Positions 54,101 through 64,000 of a DNA stretch of 64,000 nucleotides are shown here, in pieces. Origin of the DNA: Ptychomitrium polyphyllum (taxonomy: Eukaryota); contig OZ316776.1 of assembly GCA_973851085.1 (NCBI GenBank), positions 3,658,001 to 3,722,000 on the forward strand, given 5' to 3'. A program made the position numbers and the translations under genes. The notes under the pieces are model-generated. The model made no database searches and was not told the DNA's origin. It worked only from the letters and a program-made list of their open reading frames with translations. Position 1 is the first letter of the stretch; every line of letters begins with the position of its first letter.

Positions 54101-54186
54101 TGAATGACCTCCTTCATGAGTGATTGCTACAGCTGCTGAGTACATTGTGTTACGAGATGAGTTGTATGAGGGGAAGAGGAGCAAGC

Positions 54187-55913
54187 ATGTTTATTTCGAG
54201 CGACGGGTCGTCAGGCAGGCTTGCTCTATGGCATTACGCGGGCAAACCACATACCTTCAAGGCCCGCTCTAGGTTTCTTAGCGGAGTCTGCTTATGTGAA
54301 TACACGCAGTCGGTCATTACATCCTGTTTCTTGGACAGGGGCCCTTTGTAACGATTCTGGAGCATGGTCGCTTTTGGTTCATCACATGAGCACTGAAGCT
54401 TCTCAAGCGGCAGAGGACTCCTCTGATAAGATTAAGGAGACTGATCGTGGGAAGCCGAGGTCAGAGACCAGTGATCATGATGAAGAAAAGCTGGCCATGA
54501 CGAAGTCCAACTATTGGGGGTTGGTTCCAAAGAAGCAATATAAGGAGGACGGGACTCCTTGGAGATGGACGAGTTTCTTTGTAAGTATCTCTTGTCCTCC
54601 TACAATGCGTTTTTCCACCAGACAGATCACCTCTGTGTGTCTGTTTTATTTACCTCCAAAACAAATGGTACTCTTTGCCTGTTGACATTCTCACAAGTAA
54701 GGGGGTCCTCTTTATGAAGCTGTGCAATTTGTTTTTGTGCAGCTGCATCGCTCCTACCAGCCAGATGTGACGATAGGCCTAGAAAAGCATAACAATTGCA
54801 ACAACTGGACGGACTCTATAGCATACTGGACAGTAAGATCGTTGCGTTTTCCCACTGATGTGTTTTCCAGGTACGAGAATTATCTTCAATAATCTTCAAT
54901 GTTACAGATGCCATATGCCCTGTGTGTACTCAGATATTTTCCCCTATGGTTTAGCACAGACGAAAATTTCCTACGTAACTAATCTTCCTAACCTTCTCCT
55001 GAAAGATTCTGTCTGAGATATGAGATTAGTAACCTCGGTATCCAAAATTCCATCAATTTCGGATACACAGTTTACACCATCTTTGGATCGCGCACACATT
55101 GTGCTATAGTTGAGAATCTTTTGTTCCCTGGGTTTGGTTTGAACTTACATTTTGTCCAACGATTTTCAAGTCACTCGATATATAACTCTATATCGAGTGA
55201 CTTGATCCTGGAGATGATTTGAAGTGCGAAAGGTATCTTTTAGGTCATCAGACGAACCAGACGAACAGTGAAAAGGTAACAGCTGGGTGAGTTTAAGAAA
55301 CCTTGTCGATTCCTTGTACCTAAAGTGCTGTATGCCATGAAATTCCCCTGGAGAGCCGATTGCGAAGGTCGTAGTTCGAAAGGCAGCGTAGGTTTTTGCC
55401 TAGTCTGCAGAATAAATCGTGAGTTTGGCAGCCCTGCTCACCTTCATACGTGGGCTTTCTCCTCTCCTAAGGAACATTGAACGGTGTTTGTAACGAGCTG
55501 GAGTCCAATGTTGTACACATGTATACGAATGTGAATATTGTCTTGAAATTCACTTGATTTCACCTTGATTGGGGTGATGATGTTGATTGTCATGCTCGAA
55601 AACTCAAATGGATATCTTACTTGTGTCTTTTCAGAAACGAGACAAGTGACGTGCAATGATGTTGGAGACGGTGGCCGCTGTTCCTGGAATGGTGGGTGGA
55701 ATGCTGCTCCAGTGCAAATCACTGCGCAAGTTTGAGACCAGCGGAGGTTGGATCAAATCTCTACTTGAAGAGGCTGAAAATGAGCGTATTTACCTAATGA
55801 CCTTCATGGAAATGGCACAACCTAAGTGGTGGGAGCGTGGGCTTGTGTTTGTGGTGCAAGGTCTTTGGTTCAATTTGTACTTCCTTGCTTACCTTCTCAA
55901 TCGAATGTGCTAG
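54187..55913 (+). pseudogene. AOX: Mitochondrial alternative oxidase pseudogene (frameshift, nonsense codon, 3' truncation)
   Basis: Exons end 54580 (SNYWG...KEDGTPWRW), span 54743-54870 (YWTVRSLRFPTDVF) and start 55635 ([22 protein letters not shown]...[15 protein letters not shown]...). There is an in-frame TGA at 55647-55649, and homology stops near 55900. Confidence 0.88.
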
Positions 55914-56985
55914 TTTATTGAGTTTGTAAATAAAATATGTAAAAATATCATGAAATACTTGTTATTTTTTCGCCACACTGGGTTAGGTACTCTCTTCGTT
56001 ACTGAAGTTTTGTAGTTTCAGAATCTGAAAATAGTTTAGGTCTTGAAAATTTGGTGGACATTACAATAAGATTGCCACCTAGAATCGCTTAATTCGGGTT
56101 AATATGCGGACTTTTCTGTCAGCCTTGGGCTGCAGAATTATGGAAGCGCCATATCTTGTAGCTTCAAGTAACATACACATCGATATGCAATATTCAGTAC
56201 CTAAGTGTTCGCACTTGATGTTCGGTGCATGCTGCTCAATGTGGAGTGTTGGGTCCTCAGCTGGAGTTTGGTAAGACAAAGTGATGAAAATAAAAATCAC
56301 GAAAGTGTCACTCCAAGACTCGACTCAAGCTATGTACAAGTTTCCAAAACAACATGAATTTTTAGCGATCAGGACGTGAAAATAGGACAAAAATTTGAGT
56401 AGCCCAACTTTATAAGTGACCCTTCTGAACACCCTCTCCAAAAAAATCATTCAATTTCCCAAAGGTACTTGTTCCACCAAACTAGACCCGTGTCTTCATG
56501 CATTCACTGCAACATGCCCTCAAGTCTATCCTTTATTGTTGATTTCCCACTTTCCACGGTGAGAGTGACTTGCATCAACTGTCTGAAGAATGTTATGTTG
56601 GTTGTCCCAACTTGACGTATATTACATTAAACAGCGTCTCCACTGCCAAGAATGATGTATAGTTTACAACCGCCAAATTCAATGGAAATCCAGCATGCAT
56701 CAGAGAAATCCTTGGCAACTGGATACAAGTGCGGCACAAGTTCTAGACAACCATCTTCTGCAGGAATGTGAATCACATGTTCCTCTCTACGAAACGTCTA
56801 ATCTGTGAGCACTACAAGAAGATCAAATTGAACCTGAAATCCTGGTCCTACAAATTTATATCGTACAACAGAAATTGGCATTGCTAGGAAATCAAATGAC
56901 CAATGGGGTACGTGATGGGATTTGCAGCATGAGAACAGCTAGCCATGGAAGAGCACCCAAAGAAACTGAAAAGACTAACCTTCGA

Positions 56986-59949
56986 TCAGTCCAACTTGAG
57001 CTTCGGCTGGTTCACCGGCTTCGGAATTTGAGAAATGACAACAGTATCTGAATCACTATTCGGACTCGTGCTTTCCACAAAGGAAACCTCGTCGACGTGA
57101 ATCGAGATTCCGTATTGTACGAAAGGCTTCTTGGGCGGCACTTGGTGGAGAATGTCCAAGAGGCCTTTGCCGTCGATCAGGACTTGCTCCACTTTGCTCA
57201 TGGTCGGGCGAGCATTCATGTCAGGATGGCAACACAGCAGCCCCACGCACAACACAACGCTCACTTCCTGCGTGTCGTATTTGCCGAACAGACTGGAGTG
57301 GTCGACCACATGCTTCACCCACTTGTGCAGTGAGTTCTTGGAGTAGTGCGCGAACGAGTGCCACACCCAGTCGGCCTGGTACTTCCTGTCATCTTTCAAC
57401 AAGTTGGGGCGTCTTCCGCACACAACTTCCAGGACCAGGATGCCGAAGCCGAAGACGTCGGTGGCTTTCGTGTGCTCCTTGTAATACGGGAGCTCAGGTG
57501 CCAAGTGATGCCGCTCTTTCAAGTTCTTAACCCACTTGTGTGGATTCTGGGGCACTAGGAGCGCTAGGCCGCCGTCGCGCAAGGTGGCGGTGTTGTCGTT
57601 TCCAAGCAGGACGTTCGTGGACTTAACGCGGTGATGCACGAGGCCGCAATCCTCGTGGAGGTACCGCAAGGCGGACGCCACGCCAGTGAGGATTTTCTGT
57701 CGGACTCGCCACGTGAGGTGACGCGACTCGATCTCGTCCTGCAAGTTCGTCCGCAGGTCTTTCCTCTCGACCCAGTCATACACCAGCAGCAGATTCTTTC
57801 TATTGGTGCACCAGCCAAGCAATCGAGCGACGTTCGGGTGGTCGATACGCGCCATCTGCCAGAGAGCTTGCAAGTCGATGACGGTGGTCGGAATCTTTCG
57901 CACGGCGTATAGCCGCATGGCCCCAGTGCTGCTGTCCTTGAGATCCGCTTCGAACATGTCACCGTATTTGCATCCCTCCTTCTTCATCGACGTCTTGAGA
58001 TTCGCTAAGTCGCACATTGCATCGCCATGCTCAATGCTTTCCTCCTTCGGTTTCTTCAGCTTCTTCGTCGGGTGGAACCCATGAGTTGCGAGTTTGATAT
58101 CCTTGTAGGCGAATTTTTTGGAGCCTCCGTAAGAGTACTTGATCGTGGCGTCCAGCTGTGTCACGTATGGCAGAGACTTGCAGGAGTTATACGGCAGATT
58201 CCTGCTGAAATCTTTGCTGAGCTGCTGCGCCAAGGCAGCCCACGCCTTCCATTTGACGGAGAGAGACGGCACTGGTGACTTTACACGAACTAGATCGAAG
58301 TGGAGCAGAGGTGCAAAATCCTGAGTTAACAGGCGACCTTTCAACCAACGGAGCTTCTCGACGATTTGCTCAAAGTTAAGGCGAGTTTTAGGGTTTGGGC
58401 TCCAGCATTCTTCAAGCAGCGATGTCAGTTCCTTAGGAAGGTCGGGTGGCAGCTGCGGCCGCTCCTTTTTCTTCGTCTTCCTGTAGTGGATTAGCGACTG
58501 CAATCCGCCTGTGTAGGGTGGGTTTCCGGTGAAGATTTCAGCACTTGTTAACGCCCAACTAAACACATCAGCTCGCTTCGAAACTCGAAACGCTTTGTCT
58601 CTCGCACTCCGCTCCGGAATACACCGCAACAATTTCTCACGGTGCTCACTCGCGTTTCTGGTTCCGACAACCTCAGGCGCTCTATACGTCGTCGTTCCAG
58701 GAAGCTGGAAATCATTGTCCACCGAGGAAGACGTGAATACAGGAACCCTTGCTGAGCCGAAATCTGCAATTTTCACACGCGCGTAACCATCCTCGGCAAA
58801 CTCAGCGATGGTACAGGGGTTGACTAAAACGTTTCCTGGTTTAATATCCAAGTGCAACACACCAAGGCTATGAATATACTGCATTCCGTAACACATTTGC
58901 AGGAGGATATCGATCTTGGCAAGCAAACTGAACCGCGCGCCAGGCACATACTGGTTTTTTAGGTAGGTGTCAAGCGACATATTCATTAGCTCCATGACAA
59001 TGACGCGGGGCTTATTTTTGCAATACTGGAGCTGGAAAAAGAGCTTAATGACATTGAAGTGACGAAGTGATGCGACGATGTCAGCTTCCCCGGGCCGGAC
59101 ATCCTCAGGCTTCGGTAGCGTTTTGATGCTCTTTCTGGCACACACTAAGTCGGCCCATATCAGCTCGTCCACAAAGCCGTCCTTCCCCTCGCCGATTGTC
59201 CTAATCGTTTCTAGAAACGAACAGTTGTCTTCGATGTAAGAATAAGTTTCGGAAGGCGAGTGTAGGGACTGCGAGGTACTAGACGATGATGGCCGTGCAT
59301 CCTCGGTACTATTTCCACGCCGGAACGATGGCAAGGAAGAGTACGATGATTGCCGTGCATAATCGTTACTATTTGCGCGCCTGACTACGCAATTCACCCT
59401 ATGCTTCAAGTATTGCACCAGCTTCTCTTTCCGGCTATCCAGCTTACAAGGGATGTTTCGAAGCTTGGAGAGAAGTTGCTCGTGATCGTTAAAAAAAGAT
59501 GTCTTCGTAGGTGGACGCATTTTTGAGGCCAGCCCGCGGAATATGTCTGAGATTGGGTGACCCCGGTACCCTTTAGCAAGAAGGTCGGTACAAAACTTGA
59601 GCTCGGTCACAACGTGCGCAAATGCGCTTTCGTTGTCCAGTTGCCGAACTGCCGCTTCGATCCATCGAATCTCGCCCCACGTGCTGTCGCGGCCGCAACA
59701 TTCGCCCACAACGATGTTGGCTATGGTGGCGATGCGATAAATCTCCTTAAGAAGCAGCAGTGGAGGGTGGCCGAGAGGAGAATGGAAGAGTATCTCTGCC
59801 TGATACTTCACAAGAGTGCTGCCTACTGCGTGAAGCTCTCCCACCATCTCCAAACACTGCTGCTTGTTCACCACCACGGCAGCCTCCATCGAAATCTCCT
59901 GTGTCATTGAAAGAATCACTGACGCGTTCTTCTCCACAAAGTTGGCCAT
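56986..59949 (-). CDS. Single-exon 987-aa tandem kinase: N-terminal helical (HeLo/DUF1221-like) domain + TKL-type kinase + lectin-RLK-type pseudokinase
   Basis: Uninterrupted ORF. Kinase 1 has IGEGKDGFV, ARK, HLDIKPGN, DFG, GTTTYRAPE and DVFSW. Kinase 2 has FAYKDIKLATHGF, HPNVARLLGWC, LTWRVRQKILTGVASALRYLHE, HHRVKSTN, DGG, LAPE and TDVFGFGILVLEVVCGRRP. Confidence 0.9.
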   Translation of the reverse strand: MANFVEKNASVILSMTQEISMEAAVVVNKQQCLEMVGELHAVGSTLVKYQAEILFHSPLGHPPLLLLKEIYRIATIANIVVGECCGRDSTWGEIRWIEAAVRQLDNESAFAHVVTELKFCTDLLAKGYRGHPISDIFRGLASKMRPPTKTSFFNDHEQLLSKLRNIPCKLDSRKEKLVQYLKHRVNCVVRRANSNDYARQSSYSSLPSFRRGNSTEDARPSSSSTSQSLHSPSETYSYIEDNCSFLETIRTIGEGKDGFVDELIWADLVCARKSIKTLPKPEDVRPGEADIVASLRHFNVIKLFFQLQYCKNKPRVIVMELMNMSLDTYLKNQYVPGARFSLLAKIDILLQMCYGMQYIHSLGVLHLDIKPGNVLVNPCTIAEFAEDGYARVKIADFGSARVPVFTSSSVDNDFQLPGTTTYRAPEVVGTRNASEHREKLLRCIPERSARDKAFRVSKRADVFSWALTSAEIFTGNPPYTGGLQSLIHYRKTKKKERPQLPPDLPKELTSLLEECWSPNPKTRLNFEQIVEKLRWLKGRLLTQDFAPLLHFDLVRVKSPVPSLSVKWKAWAALAQQLSKDFSRNLPYNSCKSLPYVTQLDATIKYSYGGSKKFAYKDIKLATHGFHPTKKLKKPKEESIEHGDAMCDLANLKTSMKKEGCKYGDMFEADLKDSSTGAMRLYAVRKIPTTVIDLQALWQMARIDHPNVARLLGWCTNRKNLLLVYDWVERKDLRTNLQDEIESRHLTWRVRQKILTGVASALRYLHEDCGLVHHRVKSTNVLLGNDNTATLRDGGLALLVPQNPHKWVKNLKERHHLAPELPYYKEHTKATDVFGFGILVLEVVCGRRPNLLKDDRKYQADWVWHSFAHYSKNSLHKWVKHVVDHSSLFGKYDTQEVSVVLCVGLLCCHPDMNARPTMSKVEQVLIDGKGLLDILHQVPPKKPFVQYGISIHVDEVSFVESTSPNSDSDTVVISQIPKPVNQPKLKLD

Positions 59950-61532
59950 GGCGATTCCGCAAATTGGCTACCATGCCAAGCACCTCCTCCTGAGTAGAGC
60001 AATCAACTACCACTGCTCATTCTTGCCCCCAAACTTCAAAGAAAACATATTGTGTGGCCCAAACCAGATGCAGACAGATGTAAGGTTAAACATTCTTATG
60101 TCATAACTTGCTTACAAGCTCGACACAAGCCCCAAGCTCCTTAGCCCCTGCAACCTGCATCACCATAGCAAAAGAATGACGAACGTTAACCCACACTTTA
60201 TGGGAAAGTTGGGGGAAATGATCTTAGTAGCCTGCCTTCTCCTCCAAGCCTGAGATCCTGGTTTGATCCCAAACTCTGAAATCTCCCCCTTGCTCTGATG
60301 AGGTCACCCGCTGCTGCGCTGCACGTTCAAACAGAAAGGTGTTACTAAGTGAAGGTTCTTCTCTGGCGTGGTATATGCATGGTGAATCTTCCGTTAGATC
60401 TTTATTGCACCCTTTCCATGTTTCAGGAGAGCCCATTAGATTGGAGACCTTTCAGTCGAATCAGACTCCGGAGTGGGTTTGACTACTTTGGAGAGTGACT
60501 TCCTACATAAACGGAGTCCATCCGTCACTCGATCCGCAATTCCGTACAGACATGGAAGTCAACAAACTAATGGGAGAGATACAGGTAATCTGTTTCAGTC
60601 GGAGCTACCGACACCAAAATGAGTGTATTTCCTCACAAAATCGCTTTTGCCAGTGCTACTCGCCCAGTGCACAGTTGGATCCCAGTTATTGTGTAACTTT
60701 TGGTCTCACAGGTTTACGTGTAACTTTTGAATGTTACGTGAGGTTAACGTCGACCGACCAGCCACCACTTCCTCGAATTCAGCCTGTACGATTTGAGAAT
60801 GTCTTACGTAACCGTAGCTGCAGGGAAACATTGCGGCCTACTTTGTCACGCACTCTTTGATATCTGTCACGCACTCTTTGATACCTGTCTGTGGAAGCAA
60901 ATTGATAATGCGGCGGCGAATTTGATAACGGTAACAAAACAGATGGAATGAGGTGCTACGCTCGGTGCGCACATTCAGTGGAGAACCTGCGTAAGAAGGG
61001 AAGCCTTGCGAGCAGTATCACAAGCATCTCAGATTTGATACGGATATACGTTTGTATGGTCAATCTTGGCGCAGTCATCCAGTCTCACCACAATAGGTGA
61101 CAAAAAATTATAACTGGAAACAATATATAATACTAATATGATTTCTGGACACAGAACGACCAACCTAATCTGCAATTAATATTCTGATAGCTGATAGCGC
61201 TCACGAATGTGGTTATCCCTCTGTAGCAGTAGGAGAATTCTCAGTTCTGTGACCTGAGCAGAAGTTGACGTGATGTTATTCCAGAGATTCCAGTGAAGAC
61301 TGAAAGCCTAGGACAAGAATTAAAATGTACATAGCGCAATTCGAAAGGGAAAATTTGCACACCCATGAATGCGAGCTTCTCAGATTCGATGCGTCAATGA
61401 TGCCAGCATTTCGGAGGGTCAAGCATGCTCGTGGCGAAAGCAAATCCTCATACACAGACAATGATCAATAAATCTGTGGAAAAACGAGATAGAGAAAATA
61501 AGGATACTAAGCTATGATTGATTTCAACCGTG

Positions 61533-64000
61533 TCACTCAATGATGTCTGCTAAGGAAGGATCTCCAGCAGACATGGCCTTGATAATCCGGTAAAGCTCAA
61601 TGTCACTCCTCGCGGCCCACGGGTACACCGCATGCCAACTGGGAGTATAAGCGATGGCCGGGTCATCGACCTCCTCCTTCTCCGACAACTCTTTAATGCT
61701 GCTGAACGCAAATGCATCGAAGTTCTGGACATTCTCCATCGCCATGAAGATCATTGGCAGGGCTAAGTCGCGGTGCAGCTTCACCTTGGCAGCGAGCGGC
61801 ACCAGCGCTGAGAAATCCTCGACATAGCGGCGAGGTAGATAGAAGACGTCGGACGTGCAGACGACGAAGTGGTCGTCGTCCATAGTTTCCTTATACGTGG
61901 TGCGGTACTCCACCGGCAGCCGGCTCACGGTCTTCTTCAAGTTGTTGCGATTGCCTTTGCTGAGATACCACTCGGAACCCAATGCACTGTAGTTCACCGT
62001 TCTCCACGTTGAGTTCACCTGATGCAGGTTCCACAACTTCGTCTTGTTGGCGGATGCGAGGTGCCAGTAGTTCAACACCACTGCCTCTTTCATTACCACG
62101 AACCCCTCCGCCGCAGGATATTTCTCGAAGATCTTCGGCAACAAACTGCGCAACATGACAACACCATGGCAACATAATGACAAGACTGCACATCATGACA
62201 ACAAATCCACGACAAAACAAAAATTCGTGCAATTCATCGAGCTTACCTGTAAGACATCCACCAGTCGCTAGCTCGGACTCCAAGTCCGGGTTCGTTCTCT
62301 TGGGAGAGGATCACCACATGCTTGAACAAGCGACCGTAAAGAAGGCGCCAGGAGAGGACCGTGTGGTTGAGAGGCCAAGAGCACTCGAGGACAAGCACCA
62401 TGTTGCCGTAGAACCGGCGCCATTTGAGAAAATCCACAAACTCTTCTTGCAATGCAGTGCCATCCTCCACTCCTAAGTGCACGGTGGGAAACGACCGCGG
62501 GACGAATTGCTTGTGCGCTAGAGAGGGGTTGGTGGAGTCTACCGGCACGTCCAGATCGTTGCCCAGAAGTCGTGGTTGTCGCCACCCGACGGAGAGGAGA
62601 TCCTTGAGCCAGTCGGTGGTGAGCTCCACGTCCTGCGCGCCCCAGAAGCCCTCCTCAGCCATGGTGTACGTCAGGTGGACGATCTTATCAAACAAGGTCG
62701 ATGTCTTCGGTGATCGCCAGTTCACCAGAAATTCCACCAAACGGCGCGACTCTGCGTGCAGGTCCTTCTCGTCGAGGAAAGAGAGCGGGATTCCGGAGTC
62801 TTCACGCACTACAGTGGGAGGATAGAGCACCATCATGCCGCCGATCTCCCAAAGGATGCGTTGCGCCCAGTAACCGCGCACGATGTCGGCCGCCTTCGGG
62901 CTGATGGTCACGGGGAGCATCAAACCCCAGAAGGCGGACGACTGGAAGAGCGTGTTGAAGGCGTTGCAGGGCGCAAGAGTTCCGTGCGGGAGCGCGACAG
63001 GAGGCGCATTCGTGTCAAAGTTGATGTTGATGTTGCCATCATGGGAGCGCCGTGTGTTGTAGAAGATGGAGTCCACGTCGGGTAAGCCATTGGCGAGGCC
63101 TTGCTGGATAAACTGCTTGCCGGGGAAGACCTCGCTGTATGATATGTCGGGGGCGATTTGTTGAACGAATTCGAGGGGGTAGCCTCGCGGCCATACGGAT
63201 TTCTGGCCGAAGTGAATGAAGGGGTTGACGACCGTCCGGTTGGGGAGAGTGCGGAACTGCAGTATCGGCTCCCGGCGAGCTTTGCGTCCCTGGAGGTAGA
63301 CGTCGAAGCGGGACTCGAGGTCATCGCCAATGACAGACTCCTTCTCGTCAGCGTCGTAGATGATCTGCGCGCCGTGTTGGATTGCGAAGAGGTAGCCGAT
63401 GTTCTTCCGCAAGTAGGAGTTGTAAGGCATGTGCGCCAAAACGCGGTACCCGAGCGTTGCTTGATCGTCCATGGACAGGAAGATGACGCCCGCGACTTTC
63501 CAATCCGCGGGCGTGCCCTCCCCGCCCACCGCCACAACCTGCCATCCGCTCACCCTCGTTAGCGCTAGAATCTGCGACGTAGGAGGACCTAGCGCAGCCA
63601 CCACGATCCACTTATCCGTCCTCATTGCGGCATAGCGGCCCTTGTCCACGCGCGAGGAGATGTGGTGCACGTCCAAATCCGGGTACGGAATACGCAGCAA
63701 CTCCTCCGCCACTGTTTCCGCACACAGCAGCGCGCTCTGCCCACCTTGATTGCGCTGCATTACGATGAGGACGAGCGCACTGAGGAACACGAACACCACA
63801 ATCACGACCTTGGTGAGATTCTCTATGAGCCAGCCCCCGAGCAAGCTCAGGGCGCTGCTCTCCGCCTCAAAGGCGACATCCGGCAAGCGCATCACGTCGC
63901 TGTAAGGGTCCATGACCTCGTCATCCTCTGATTCCATCTCAATCGCAGCCGCTTCCGCCTCGGAAACATTTCGGGAGCCATTTCCCAACCACGCGGGTTT
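61533..64000 (-). CDS. STL: STELLO-type probable glycosyltransferase (DUF288), type II membrane protein; may start at ATG 63937 or beyond the window
   Basis: Exon 1 runs from the window end to 62247 and exon 2 from 62145 to 61533, joined by a GT-AG intron (WWMSY-S-LLPKIF). Features include an N-terminal TM segment, DKWIVV, RKNIGYLFAIQHGAQIIYDAD, VNPFIHFGQKSVWPRGYPLE, IQQGLANGLPDVDSIFY, DIVRGYWAQRILW and WRLLYGRLFK. Confidence 0.92.

Noticed and set aside
62177..63931. Antisense and alternative-frame ORFs over STELLO (and similarly over the tandem kinase)
   Set aside because: Shadow ORFs caused by GC-rich codon usage of the real gene.

Overview
Eukaryotic land-plant genomic DNA, most likely a moss (inferred from gene content, intron structure and a moss-type kinase family). 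The dominant structure is a giant palindrome: two near-identical ~12 kb inverted arms (7744-19791 and 23743-35790; position p pairs with 43534-p). Each arm carries a complete multi-exon BAG6/Scythe-like ubiquitin-domain gene, and the two copies face each other tail-to-tail across a spacer. The spacer holds a probable solo LTR and small tandem arrays. It appears twice around a 100-N gap, which is probably an uncollapsed contig overlap. Outside the palindrome are: a RENi/SUMO-like-domain gene, a decayed protein-kinase remnant, gamma-tubulin complex component GCP4, plastid IscA/SufA, an alternative oxidase pseudogene, a 987-aa single-exon HeLo/DUF1221-like + kinase + pseudokinase (tandem kinase) gene, and a STELLO-type glycosyltransferase. 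Most notable are the gene-bearing palindrome with divergence gradients at its edges, the MLKL-like tandem kinase, and a U12 intron in the BAG6-like gene. All annotations were read by eye; no searches were run.
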